The notes under the pieces were generated by a model. It had not been told where the DNA came from, did no database searches, and was given only the letters and a program-made list of their open reading frames with translations. The translations under genes were made by a program, and so were the position numbers. Source: a virus (taxonomy: Duplodnaviria > Caudoviricetes). Taken from it: a DNA stretch of 59,098 bases. Below, piece by piece: positions 10,330-18,724 of the stretch; positions within the stretch are counted from its first letter, which is position 1; each line of letters begins with the position of its first letter. Location: IMG/VR virus record IMGVR_UViG_3300050011_000298, positions 1 through 59,098 of that record, one strand, 5' to 3'.

Positions 10330-10374
10330 ATATTACAGGTGTTCCATATCCTCGGTCAATGGTACGAAGGTACT
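10330..10374 (-). promoter_or_regulatory. Sigma70-type promoter with upstream GTAC-N4-GTAC box
   Basis: Minus strand reads AGTACCTTCGTACC-A-TTGACC-18 nt-TAATAT. Confidence 0.7.
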
Positions 10375-10870
10375 AGAGAAGATTTGCGGAGTCTATCTTT
10401 CGCCATTCTCGAAGGATCGGAGCCAGTTCCATCATCCTAGCATATGAGATGTGGGCACCTTTGATGCGATTACAGGCACCACAACAAGGCACCACATTAT
10501 AGCAACGGTGCCCTTGGGAGTTATCCAGGGCGTCGAGACCAGACCCAAAGATGTTTAGTGTCCCTTGACAATAGTGGCAGGTTTGGTCAGCGACAAGAGC
10601 GCGATAAAACTGGAATCTCCACAGCAAATCATCAACAGGGACATTCTCTTTTTTAAGGATATGTCTTAGAACGTAGTGTTTGTTCTTTGGGGCGGAGTTG
10701 ATTGTTTTTTTGGTTTTCTGAGCCCTTGGTTTTTTGCTGTAATCTCTATTATACTCCCGAGTGTGGGGCACAACGCAGGGCGGGCAATACCTTTGGTTGG
10801 GGCCTAATCTAAGAAAACCTGTTTCGCATCGGATGCATCGAATCATCATAATAACGACCTCTTTTCGCAA
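10373..10870 (-). CDS. HNH endonuclease
   Basis: CHYC...GLDALDNSQGH..YNVVPCCGACNRIKG; own TTGACG-17-TACAAT promoter. Confidence 0.85.
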   Translation of the reverse strand: MRKEVVIMMIRCIRCETGFLRLGPNQRYCPPCVVPHTREYNRDYSKKPRAQKTKKTINSAPKNKHYVLRHILKKENVPVDDLLWRFQFYRALVADQTCHYCQGTLNIFGSGLDALDNSQGHRCYNVVPCCGACNRIKGAHISYARMMELAPILREWRKIDSANLL

Positions 10871-10924
10871 CCGACCTATATTGTATCAAAGTCTCGGTAG
10901 TTCGTCAAGAGTACCAAGAGTTTA

Positions 10925-10944
10925 AGACTTCTTTTTCCATAAGT
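10925..10944 (+). promoter_or_regulatory. Putative late promoter (copy 2)
   Basis: AGACT tctttttc CATAAGT before ATG 10959. Confidence 0.8.
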
Positions 10945-10958
10945 AGAGGCGGACTGCC

Positions 10959-11156
10959 ATGGAGAGGTCACCAATTTGCCCCAACTGTCTCTCAAAGAAC
11001 GAAGATATCCACGGGATGATCTATTCGGTTGGGCAAGTTGTCGGCGTACGCTGCAGCGATCTTTGGCATAAAGGTTGGATTTCTGACCCCGATAAGTGGG
11101 TTTTGACTGCCTACGACCAGGAATTTTTAGCAGAACAAAAAGTATCTGCAAGGTGA
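10959..11156 (+). CDS. Small Cys-containing hypothetical protein
   Basis: Follows the late motif with GAGG RBS; CPNC. Confidence 0.55.
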   Translation: MERSPICPNCLSKNEDIHGMIYSVGQVVGVRCSDLWHKGWISDPDKWVLTAYDQEFLAEQKVSAR

Positions 11157-11160
11157 TTTT

Positions 11161-11571
11161 ATGGCTGACCAAAACGGAAACGGAATAAACATCGGGTTGG
11201 AAGTTCTGGCGGAACGAATCGCCAACCTCGCGAAAAAATTGGACGAACAGGCTGCCTCCCAAAAAGAAGCCGTTGACGCCGCGCTTATTACATCTCAGAC
11301 CGCTATCACAGTCGCTTTGGCGACGCAGGAAAAAACCGTTAACGCGGCTTTCGCTGCTTCAGAAAAGGCGATTTCGAAGGCTGAAGAATCACAAAAAGAA
11401 TACAACAAAGCGATAGGCGCGCTTCAAAATGATGTGGTGAGTCTCAAGGAATCGCGCTCGCAGTCGAGCGGCAATTCGGGCGGAATTCAGGCCATGTATG
11501 GCTACATCTTTGGTTTTGTCGTGGCCGCTGCGGCTATTGCCGGGGTCGTGTTCACCGCGCTTCATAAGTAA
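11161..11571 (+). CDS. Coiled-coil protein with C-terminal TM helix (possible lysis accessory)
   Basis: Heptad-rich core; YGYIFGFVVAAAAIAGVVFTAL hydrophobic tail. Confidence 0.55.
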   Translation: MADQNGNGINIGLEVLAERIANLAKKLDEQAASQKEAVDAALITSQTAITVALATQEKTVNAAFAASEKAISKAEESQKEYNKAIGALQNDVVSLKESRSQSSGNSGGIQAMYGYIFGFVVAAAAIAGVVFTALHK

Positions 11572-11580
11572 AGGGGATTT

Positions 11581-11856
11581 ATGGCGAGCGATTTCGAACT
11601 TCAAGTCATGTCAGAATTATCGGAGATTAAAAGTCTCGCAACCTCGGCGGTCACGTCGTCGCAGGCGATGACTGAGCGGCTGTTTCATCCAGATTCTGGG
11701 GTGATTTCTACGTTGCAATCAGACATCACGGAAATTAAAGACGACCGCAAGACGGATGCGCGGTGGGAAAAAATACACAACGTCTTGCATTATTCTCTCA
11801 CTCCGATAGTGGTTGCGGTGCACGCGACGGCGAGACATCTGGGAATAGATATTTAA
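11581..11856 (+). CDS. Hypothetical protein (coiled coil plus hydrophobic C-terminus)
   Basis: AAGGGG RBS; operonic. Confidence 0.55.
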   Translation: MASDFELQVMSELSEIKSLATSAVTSSQAMTERLFHPDSGVISTLQSDITEIKDDRKTDARWEKIHNVLHYSLTPIVVAVHATARHLGIDI

Positions 11857-12283
11857 GTTGTCGGCGAAGTTTTTGAATTTCAAGCCTCAGTTTTGCAACC
11901 ACTTCTTCTTGCTGGTGTTTGGATCGATGTACCCACTGCAGGTTTTCGGGCATAAATCCAATCAATCGATCCACGATGTGAAGTTGGTAGGTTTTGTCGG
12001 GGCGGCGTCCTAAGTTCGCTATTATCCATTCCGCGCCCGCTCCATAGGACCCACCTTTGTCTGGGTTCCATCCAGCATAAAAAGGCATTCCGCGATAATA
12101 CTGATCCCCATTTCGAATCAGATGGTAGTGAGTGCGAACTGAGATATGTTCGGAATGCGCAGCAATCCATGGGCGTGATCGTTCAGGGTTTTTAGCGTGT
12201 CGAGCACGAGATTCACAACTGCCGCAAATCCCTTTCGCGCGCGCGAGTTTAGGACAACTTGGAGTTATACATACCTTTTTCAT
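11798..12283 (-). CDS. HNH-related homing endonuclease
   Basis: C.TPSC....AKGIC..C N-terminus; LG.RP...YQLHIVDR..GFMPENLQW. Confidence 0.7.
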   Translation of the reverse strand: MKKVCITPSCPKLARAKGICGSCESRARHAKNPERSRPWIAAHSEHISVRTHYHLIRNGDQYYRGMPFYAGWNPDKGGSYGAGAEWIIANLGRRPDKTYQLHIVDRLIGFMPENLQWVHRSKHQQEEVVAKLRLEIQKLRRQLKYLFPDVSPSRAPQPLSE

Positions 12284-13545
12284 GGCCGACTACCCCAAAA
12301 AGTTTGTTTTATTTTAGGCACGTCCAATTGTATCACGCTGGTGGGATCGGCGTCAATTAGGAATTGTCGCCCAGACGGGAAATCTACGCGAACCTGTACA
12401 CCTTTAGCCGTGATTTTTAGGATGGTTCCGTGGTATCCGCTCGCTGGTCCTGTTAAAATTCGAACGAACTGGCCTACACGACACTTCATAATATGTGAAG
12501 GAGTGTGCTCCGCTATCATTTTGAGGATGTCGGCATGAGGCACCTGAACGGCGTGCAAGTACATCCCTTCGTCATCGCAGATGGTAGACATTTCCCCCAT
12601 CCCACGAATCTTCTGCAGCTTGCGCACTATCGCAGGCGTGACGCTTCTTGCAAATAAATAACCAAAAGTGAGTTCGCCCTCGGCGTTCAGCGGAGCGAAA
12701 ATTTGCGCAGGCTTTTTGCCGAATATTTTCTTACCTTGTTCGCGGAGTGTCGGCATAATCTGCTGCATGCGCCCCTCAGATGAAATTTCCAACATCTCCC
12801 ACGGCGTGTCGCCGAGCGATTCGGTGCGGTTGAAGGATAGCAGCGACGAGGTCTCAGATGGCGGTGCATCGAACCGCAAAGTCTTGACACGGCGATTTCG
12901 TGCCATGCAGCGTTTACTCAACCCCGCACCTGTCAGTGACGCCTGGTGTGTCAAATTGTGAAGATAAGACCCTACTGCTGCAGCACGAAGGTCTTTGCTG
13001 GCCGACAAATGAGCGATAGCAGGTCGGAAGATTTTGCGAATGGCGGGTACAGGTGCTCCGAATGATTTGGCGACGACAGCGTAGTTTTGACTGTTGGCAT
13101 ATGCGAGAATCAGGTCCGTCAGTGATCCGTACGGCGTCGATTCTACGCACTCTTTGCGTAGAATGAAGCGGATAACCTCCGCATCTGGATTTGGCCCCAA
13201 GACGATCAAGGACCCAAGGGCTCTTTCAATTATTCGCAATGATTGCCATACGCGGGTCTGAATGAAGCCATGGACGCGCCCGATGAAACTCTGGGACTTT
13301 CCGAGCAACCAATACTCGGCGAATAACTCTTGAAACTCAGGGCGCAGCCGTTCGAGCAACGGCAGCAACTTCTCAGGATAATCCTGCGCGAATGCTTTGA
13401 AGTCGATCATGCTGCTGGATTCTGGTAAAGTTTCAGCGGACAGATTTGGGTTAATTTCTTGGCGATTGAAAGCCTCGAAACTGGCCGCGTCCGCTACATG
13501 AGTCATGTAGGAATCTGCGCCGCGCGTGTCATCACCTTTGGACAT
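12280..13545 (-). CDS. Transcription factor: sigma-region-4-like HTH domain(s) fused to NusG-like NGN+KOW
   Basis: LERLRPEFQELFAEYWLLGKSQSFIGRVHGFIQTRVWQSLRIIERAL (sigma4 pattern); FGYLFA (NGN FPGY-like); VGQFVRILTGPASGYHGTILKI...VRVDFPSGR (NusG KOW). Start could be as far upstream as 13620. Confidence 0.7.
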   Translation of the reverse strand: MSKGDDTRGADSYMTHVADAASFEAFNRQEINPNLSAETLPESSSMIDFKAFAQDYPEKLLPLLERLRPEFQELFAEYWLLGKSQSFIGRVHGFIQTRVWQSLRIIERALGSLIVLGPNPDAEVIRFILRKECVESTPYGSLTDLILAYANSQNYAVVAKSFGAPVPAIRKIFRPAIAHLSASKDLRAAAVGSYLHNLTHQASLTGAGLSKRCMARNRRVKTLRFDAPPSETSSLLSFNRTESLGDTPWEMLEISSEGRMQQIMPTLREQGKKIFGKKPAQIFAPLNAEGELTFGYLFARSVTPAIVRKLQKIRGMGEMSTICDDEGMYLHAVQVPHADILKMIAEHTPSHIMKCRVGQFVRILTGPASGYHGTILKITAKGVQVRVDFPSGRQFLIDADPTSVIQLDVPKIKQTFWGSRP

Positions 13546-13616
13546 CCGCCTGCGCCAGCAGCCCCAACTCCGTCGCCCGAGGCTGCGCGGGGACCTCCAT
13601 CCACATGAGCGACTCT

Positions 13617-13931
13617 TCATAAAGTTCGGTACCCCTTCTTGGTGTTTTTCGCCTGTCGAACATAGAATTGGACGAGAGCAAAGAAGAGTTTCCCGTGCGG
13701 GAGATTCGGTTCAGCCACATGGCACATCTCGTGGATCAGAACTTTGTGCCAGCGTTTCGTCGAGGCGTTGATGAAGATAATAGGTAGGACAAAATCCTCA
13801 TCCCACATTGTGATACCAAAGTTGTTCGGCATCGTATCGTCGTCAATGAATGAAACCATCGCCTTGGGGAGACGGTTCTGCCACAACAATTTATTGAGAC
13901 GGCGATATTCGACGGCTGGGCTTTGGCTCAT
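13617..13931 (-). CDS. SprT-like zinc metalloprotease
   Basis: Y..LN...W.N.LP N-terminus and VLIHEMCH...HG..F. Confidence 0.8.
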   Translation of the reverse strand: MSQSPAVEYRRLNKLLWQNRLPKAMVSFIDDDTMPNNFGITMWDEDFVLPIIFINASTKRWHKVLIHEMCHVAEPNLPHGKLFFALVQFYVRQAKNTKKGYRTL

Positions 13932-14560
13932 TTCCTGATACTACGCTGGCCGAGGACGGCTGTCAACTGTTTTCTGCGAAGTGCCTCTCGATGCCGTCCC
14001 TGTACTGTTTGCGTCGGGCGGGCTCAGCCTTCCCAGACTCTTGCGGGACGGTCTCGACGCGGTCTTGCCAACCCTCGACACGACCAGGAAGTTTCGGCGG
14101 GAACAGGAACGCCAGAACGCGCGCAACTACAGCAGACTGATTAATTTTATAACGCATATTAGCCTCTCATTTCGGGATGTGGCGCGCCGCGCGCGCCGTC
14201 TCCAGTACCATCGCTTGAATTCTATAACGCCAGCCCGCATCATCGGGTCCATCCTGCGTTGTCGTCTCGCCAGAGCGGTTGAAAGTCGGTTCCGCAATCG
14301 TTGACATACCCTCGCGGCGCCGCGTCTTCCTTCAGTCGTCGACGCAGGTCGATCAACACTGCGGTGAAAAATCGATCAAACCGTTGCTGTTTGGTTTCCA
14401 TATGATCCTTTCGTTTTTCCGAATAGCGGAGTGCGTTGTCCACAGACAGGACATCTCAGCGGTGCCTCGGCGGCAAGCAACTCCATCTTCGGTTGTCCGC
14501 TGCAGATGAATCCAACACAATTACGGTGGACGGCTGTCACTTCATGTGCGAATGTTACGG

Positions 14561-14788
14561 TCATGATTTCCTCCGTCGAGCTAGGATTATTCTTGCCCGC
14601 TTAATGTGGCGGCAAGGGGTGCGACGAAACAGGAACGATTCACACGAGCAAGCCCAACTGCGCCCTTGCTTTGTGACGGTATGATTGACACGGCCAGGGC
14701 GGGATACGCTCTGGACGGTGCCGTAAGCGATGACACCCTTGCGGGGTGCATCGGCGGTTTTCAGACTGAGTACTCTTGGGTTTTTCAT
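14561..14788 (-). CDS. SWIM zinc-finger protein
   Basis: WACSCESFLFRRTPCRHI. Confidence 0.75.
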   Translation of the reverse strand: MKNPRVLSLKTADAPRKGVIAYGTVQSVSRPGRVNHTVTKQGRSWACSCESFLFRRTPCRHIKRARIILARRRKS

Positions 14789-15210
14789 TATCGTCTCACA
14801 ATCGGCTGACGGATAGAACCGTCAGAGTTATTTTCAAAGCGTCCGTAGCGGAAGCGGTCGCGGACCAGAACAGCAGCGTCGAACGTCGGGTCATAGATAT
14901 CGCCCGACATTTTCTTCCTGTCGACATTGCCATAACCTTTGATGCCGAAGATCAGACCAGACTCGATCTCGACCATGAATGCGCCCGACCCGCCGATGTC
15001 CAGCCGCGCGTACTTCGCGCCGAAGTGCCCGTAAACCTGGTCGGCGGGAAAACTGAAGCCCTCGATGCCGTAATGCTTTCCGTTGACGGCAGCCTGCCAC
15101 GCGGCGAGCACCGTTTCGTAGCGGTCGTACTGGGCTTGCGTGACAAAGGCTGGGATGGTTCCCGAAAGTCCGCCTACTTTGGTGTGTTTGGTCATTTGGT
15201 TGTTCTCCAT
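14788..15210 (-). CDS. Hypothetical protein (first gene of a minus-strand early operon)
   Basis: ORF track; preceded by a TTGCGT-17-GAGAAT promoter with a partial GTAC box. Confidence 0.6.
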   Translation of the reverse strand: MENNQMTKHTKVGGLSGTIPAFVTQAQYDRYETVLAAWQAAVNGKHYGIEGFSFPADQVYGHFGAKYARLDIGGSGAFMVEIESGLIFGIKGYGNVDRKKMSGDIYDPTFDAAVLVRDRFRYGRFENNSDGSIRQPIVRR

Positions 15211-15270
15211 GCATACATTCTCTCAAATTCACCCCAGAAACGCAATGGTACTTTAGTTTAAATTTAGTGC

Positions 15271-15300
15271 TTGACAAGCAGTACGGAGGGTTGGTACTAT
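15271..15300 (+). promoter_or_regulatory. Sigma70 promoter of the tmRNA gene
   Basis: TTGACA-18 nt-TACTAT. Confidence 0.75.
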
Positions 15301-15304
15301 CGGG

Positions 15305-15750
15305 GTGTCACGAAAGTGACTGGTGGAGGACGAAATGGTTCCAGCGAGCGCGCTTGTCGAATGAAGACTATCCCGAGGACTGCAGCCAAGGGATGTGCTC
15401 GGTGTTCGAAAGACGCGCTCGCTGGGGCCGTTCCGCCCCAAAATTACGACCGTAAAACGGCTGGGGCTACTCATTTGGACGGGGCTGCAAAGCCCCCAGG
15501 TCCACCCTGCCGTCCAGCACGGATGTTCGGATGCCCAAAGGGCCGACGATCTAACCACTGGGCGGTACGGTGGGCCTGAATTAGTTTCGACAGATGAGAA
15601 TAGTGACAGTGCTTGTTCGGTTCGTCCTGACAACGACGTAAAACTAGATCAAACCTAAATGCGAAAACTAAACTCGCACAGGTTGTGATGTTCGCCAGTC
15701 GCACAAACGTGGCTTCGGCCCGACGTTTGGCAATGGCAGCATAACCACCG
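15305..15750 (+). ncRNA. ssrA: Circularly permuted (two-piece) tmRNA
   Basis: Acceptor piece ends GGAC-GGGGC-TGCAAA-GCCCC-CAGGTCC-A-CC (15477-15506), upstream of the coding piece starting GGGCCTG-AATTAGTTTCGAC (15572). The 7-bp acceptor stem has G3.U70; P2 pairs CAGATGAG/CTCATTTG; pk1-like pseudoknot; TAAAT|GCG resume site at 15661; tag AKTKLAQVVMFASRTNVASARRLAMAA-stop (15744). Outer ends are approximate. Confidence 0.88.
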
Positions 15751-15790
15751 CCCGAGGTCGCCCGAAAGGTGGCCTCGGGATTCTAATTTT
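15751..15790 (+). terminator. Hairpin/terminator after tmRNA
   Basis: CCCGAGGTCGCC-CGAA-AGGTGGCCTCGGG followed by ATTCTAATTTT. Confidence 0.6.
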
Positions 15791-15802
15791 CAGGAGGTTT
15801 TT

Positions 15803-16033
15803 ATGCCCGCCCACAGATTTGATGGGTTCACGCCGCTCAGTTCAGACCACCTCGACGGAGTGAAGTACGATACGAATCAGCGGAAGATGACGGTCAGGTT
15901 TACGAACGGTTACCAATATATTGTCCACGGGATTTCGGCAGACTCCTACAATCAGTTCTTGGATGCACCATCGCACGGAACGCACTGGCACGCGCACATC
16001 AAAGACCAGTACCACGTCGAGCGCGTAAAATAA
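15803..16033 (+). CDS. KTSC-domain protein
   Basis: SS..L..V.YD.....M.V.F.NG..Y...G.....Y..FL.A.S.G......IK..Y; AGGAGG RBS. Confidence 0.85.
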   Translation: MPAHRFDGFTPLSSDHLDGVKYDTNQRKMTVRFTNGYQYIVHGISADSYNQFLDAPSHGTHWHAHIKDQYHVERVK

Positions 16034-16284
16034 TCAGTCATTCTCGGGTCGCGCGAGTTCCCCGAACACAACACCAAACGATATCGGCTCGGCAAGATCG
16101 GCTGCCGTGAAGCCTGTCACCCAAGGATTGCGTTGGGCGGGCTTGTAGTCTTCCAGGTGCAGCGTCAGATTGAAGAACACCAACTGATCGCCAGGAATCT
16201 TGGAAAGAATCTGCGCCAGCCTGCGACGCATTTCTGCGGCGGTGGTCTCGACTCCATGCGTGCCAATGTTAAATGATACCCTTT

Positions 16285-16845
16285 TCATAGTGCCTCCGTT
16301 GGTTCGATTTTGTCCGCTTCCTTGCATTCAACGCGATTCTTTGGCGCGACCGCCAGCTTCGCCTCGTATCGCGCGATTTGTTCCTTAGATGCGCGAATGC
16401 AGGAGCGATAGTACCTGACGTGCCACGCCCAGGTTTTGTGCTGCTTCTCTTTGTACTTGAGACGCTTGGTCTCTTCAATTTCATGCTCCTCCACCAGAGC
16501 ATCCGCCCGACCGAGCGCGCTTAATCGCGTCTCGTAAAGATTCTGTTCGTCGACAGACCAGCAGCCGCTGTTATATCGCGTCTCTATGACGCCGTCGTGC
16601 ATCCGTGTTTCGACTCCAGTAATGTGGACGGGCTCTGCGGTCGCGCGGAAGGCGTACGTCTGAAGTTTCCCTGGCGAGCCCTCGTAGCCTCGCTCGCAGC
16701 AAACGCACTCGATTGAGACTTCGGAGTCATCCCCGAGGATAACGCGCAGCCTGCCGCTTCCTAGACACTCTGGACAGGTAATCCAGGTCTGTTCTTGTCC
16801 TGCCTTCGCAAGCCAGGCGGTGTCGCCGATGTTGAATTTTATCAT
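16285..16845 (-). CDS. Hypothetical protein with CPECLGSG zinc ribbon
   Basis: AGGAG RBS; DnaJ-like CxxCxGxG and CVCC. Confidence 0.6.
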   Translation of the reverse strand: MIKFNIGDTAWLAKAGQEQTWITCPECLGSGRLRVILGDDSEVSIECVCCERGYEGSPGKLQTYAFRATAEPVHITGVETRMHDGVIETRYNSGCWSVDEQNLYETRLSALGRADALVEEHEIEETKRLKYKEKQHKTWAWHVRYYRSCIRASKEQIARYEAKLAVAPKNRVECKEADKIEPTEAL

Positions 16846-16981
16846 AAGATTCTCCTATTCAAAATTAACGTGCAGTAGAACAGCCCGCGCCCATTTCCGT
16901 GTAGAGTGGCGAGATGCCCGCGTACTGTCCACCAATGTTTCCAAAGCTGGGCATCTTTTCGATTCAGTAGTCCGCAGTCTA

Positions 16982-17539
16982 TCACGCCAGCACCAAATTG
17001 TCCATCGCTTCCTGCGCGAGTGAACCATCGTTCTCGGCCAAATAAACAAACGCACTTGAAGGTGACCGATGCAGAAGAAACTTGCTGACGGCGCCGATGC
17101 GCTGGGTCGTGTCGAAAACATGCATCGCCGCGCTATGGCGGAAGATATGGCTGTGCGCGTACAGGCTGTTGACGCCCGCTGCCGCGAAGTACTTGACCAG
17201 AGTTTCGTTGTAATATTGGCGCGAGAGGCCGCCGAAAATGCGCGAGAGGCCCTTCGTCTGCGCGAGCGCGACCAGCGGGGTCATGTCGAAGGCGGGGTCC
17301 ACGTCCAGGTGCAGCGTGTAGGTGCCTTCGTTACCGCGCTTCGCAGCGCGGATCAGGATAACGTACTTGCCTTCGCGCTCGAACACGTCTTCGCCGCGCA
17401 CATTCAGCATCTGCGAGACGCGCGCGCCCGTGAAGAACTGAAGCAACATCGCCATATGATGCAGGCTGCTCTTTTCTGTCCGCGCTTCGTACGCTGCTCG
17501 GAAGACTTTCGCAAGGTCCTGTTTGGCTAGGAACTTCAT
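16982..17539 (-). CDS. Tyrosine recombinase, catalytic domain only
   Basis: TGARVSQ (R), AKR (K), HIFRHS (HxxR), LLH...VY (H,Y); 185 aa with no core-binding or arm domain. Confidence 0.85.
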   Translation of the reverse strand: MKFLAKQDLAKVFRAAYEARTEKSSLHHMAMLLQFFTGARVSQMLNVRGEDVFEREGKYVILIRAAKRGNEGTYTLHLDVDPAFDMTPLVALAQTKGLSRIFGGLSRQYYNETLVKYFAAAGVNSLYAHSHIFRHSAAMHVFDTTQRIGAVSKFLLHRSPSSAFVYLAENDGSLAQEAMDNLVLA

Positions 17540-17564
17540 TGTGGTGCCTCCTGTTTACTCATTC

Positions 17565-17608
17565 AGGATATCAAATGCACCTGGGTCGGGCAATGGTACG
17601 AAAGTACT
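17565..17608 (-). promoter_or_regulatory. Sigma70-type promoter with GTAC-N4-GTAC box
   Basis: AGTACTTTCGTACC-A-TTGCCC-17-TATCCT upstream of the recombinase. Confidence 0.7.
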
Positions 17609-17707
17609 GATTTTGATAGGACTAATGGCGGTCGTTGGGTGTGCAGGCGACCACAATAATCAAAATGCCATGCAACGCGATCAGCGTGTAGACAACGGTC
17701 ATGACGT

Positions 17708-18286
17708 TCACGATTTCCTCCCGGCGAGTGCCAGAATTTTGCTGACATACGTGCCGTCATAGGCATCTGACGCGGTGCCTGTTCCGTTGTAATGGCGGAC
17801 ACCCGCCTGCAGCCCGTACTGCTTGATGAATCCTTTGAGAATCAGGGCGCCGACGTGTAGATTCTCACCAGGGTTGAAGAGATTGACTTTCGTGAAGTCG
17901 AACTTCTCTTTCCAAACGCGAGGCATAATTTGCATCCGACCTATCGCGCCGTGATTGCTGACCGCCAGGGGATCGCACGATGACTCGACGGCCATGGTTG
18001 CCGCCAGGACGCGCGGGTCCAGTTCATCCGCGATGGCTTCGGTTGCTACGTCGCTGATGGTCTGGGGGTCGATGTTCTCGCAACCTTGCGAGCGACCGAA
18101 GACGCGCGCCACATCGAGCGCGGCGACATATTGCTTGGTCAGAATTTCGGATTGGATGTCCCGCGTGACTGGGGGCAACGGACGAACGATAGGAGGATTC
18201 TGGCGAGGGGCGTGAAACACAATCGCAGCACCCACTGTCAGAATCACTGCAACCAAAAGTACCAAGGCGACAAATTGGTTTTTCAT
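17708..18286 (-). CDS. Lytic transglycosylase (SLT) with N-terminal TM/signal anchor
   Basis: AVESS.DP.AVS..GAIGRMQIMP...NL..G...L......YNG. Confidence 0.9.
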   Translation of the reverse strand: MKNQFVALVLLVAVILTVGAAIVFHAPRQNPPIVRPLPPVTRDIQSEILTKQYVAALDVARVFGRSQGCENIDPQTISDVATEAIADELDPRVLAATMAVESSCDPLAVSNHGAIGRMQIMPRVWKEKFDFTKVNLFNPGENLHVGALILKGFIKQYGLQAGVRHYNGTGTASDAYDGTYVSKILALAGRKS

Positions 18287-18295
18287 GTTGTTCTC

Positions 18296-18724
18296 CTAGA
18301 GTAGATTGTCGTACCGAGCCAGTTCTTGGTTGGCCCATTTTCTATACAGGCGTATCGACCATTTGCGAAACTCGTCATCAGTCATATCGTTTTTGGCGAT
18401 ATTGCAGTCTGTGCAGCACGGTCGAACATTTTTCATGATGTATCCAATCGTCGGGTCGATCCGATCTAGTCCGTGACCGTTTGCGGGAAGATCGCCGCCG
18501 CAATAGTGGCACGGTTCACAGTAAAGCGTGCGATACTCGTCGAGGGTAATATCGCACTGTCTCCCTCTTGTCTTTGCTGCATTTTTTAAGCACGAGAATC
18601 GATACGTATCTGGATGCTTTGCGTGAGAGCGTTGACGAACGGTTTCGACGGCGTCTGGGTGGTTGTCACGCCACTTTTTTGCACGCCGTCGACCCGCAAT
18701 CCGTTTGTGGAGCGAGAGTTTCAT
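18296..18724 (-). CDS. HNH endonuclease
   Basis: CHYCG...GLDRIDPTIGY...NVRPCC..CN.AK. Confidence 0.88.
   Translation of the reverse strand: MKLSLHKRIAGRRRAKKWRDNHPDAVETVRQRSHAKHPDTYRFSCLKNAAKTRGRQCDITLDEYRTLYCEPCHYCGGDLPANGHGLDRIDPTIGYIMKNVRPCCTDCNIAKNDMTDDEFRKWSIRLYRKWANQELARYDNLL

Noticed and set aside
11563-11570. CATAAGTA as a 13th late promoter
   Set aside because: It lacks the WGACT element 8 nt upstream, so it was not counted, though it may be a weak variant
15253-15704. Several short ORFs over the tmRNA locus
   Set aside because: They lack a convincing RBS or protein motifs, and the region is explained by tmRNA structure
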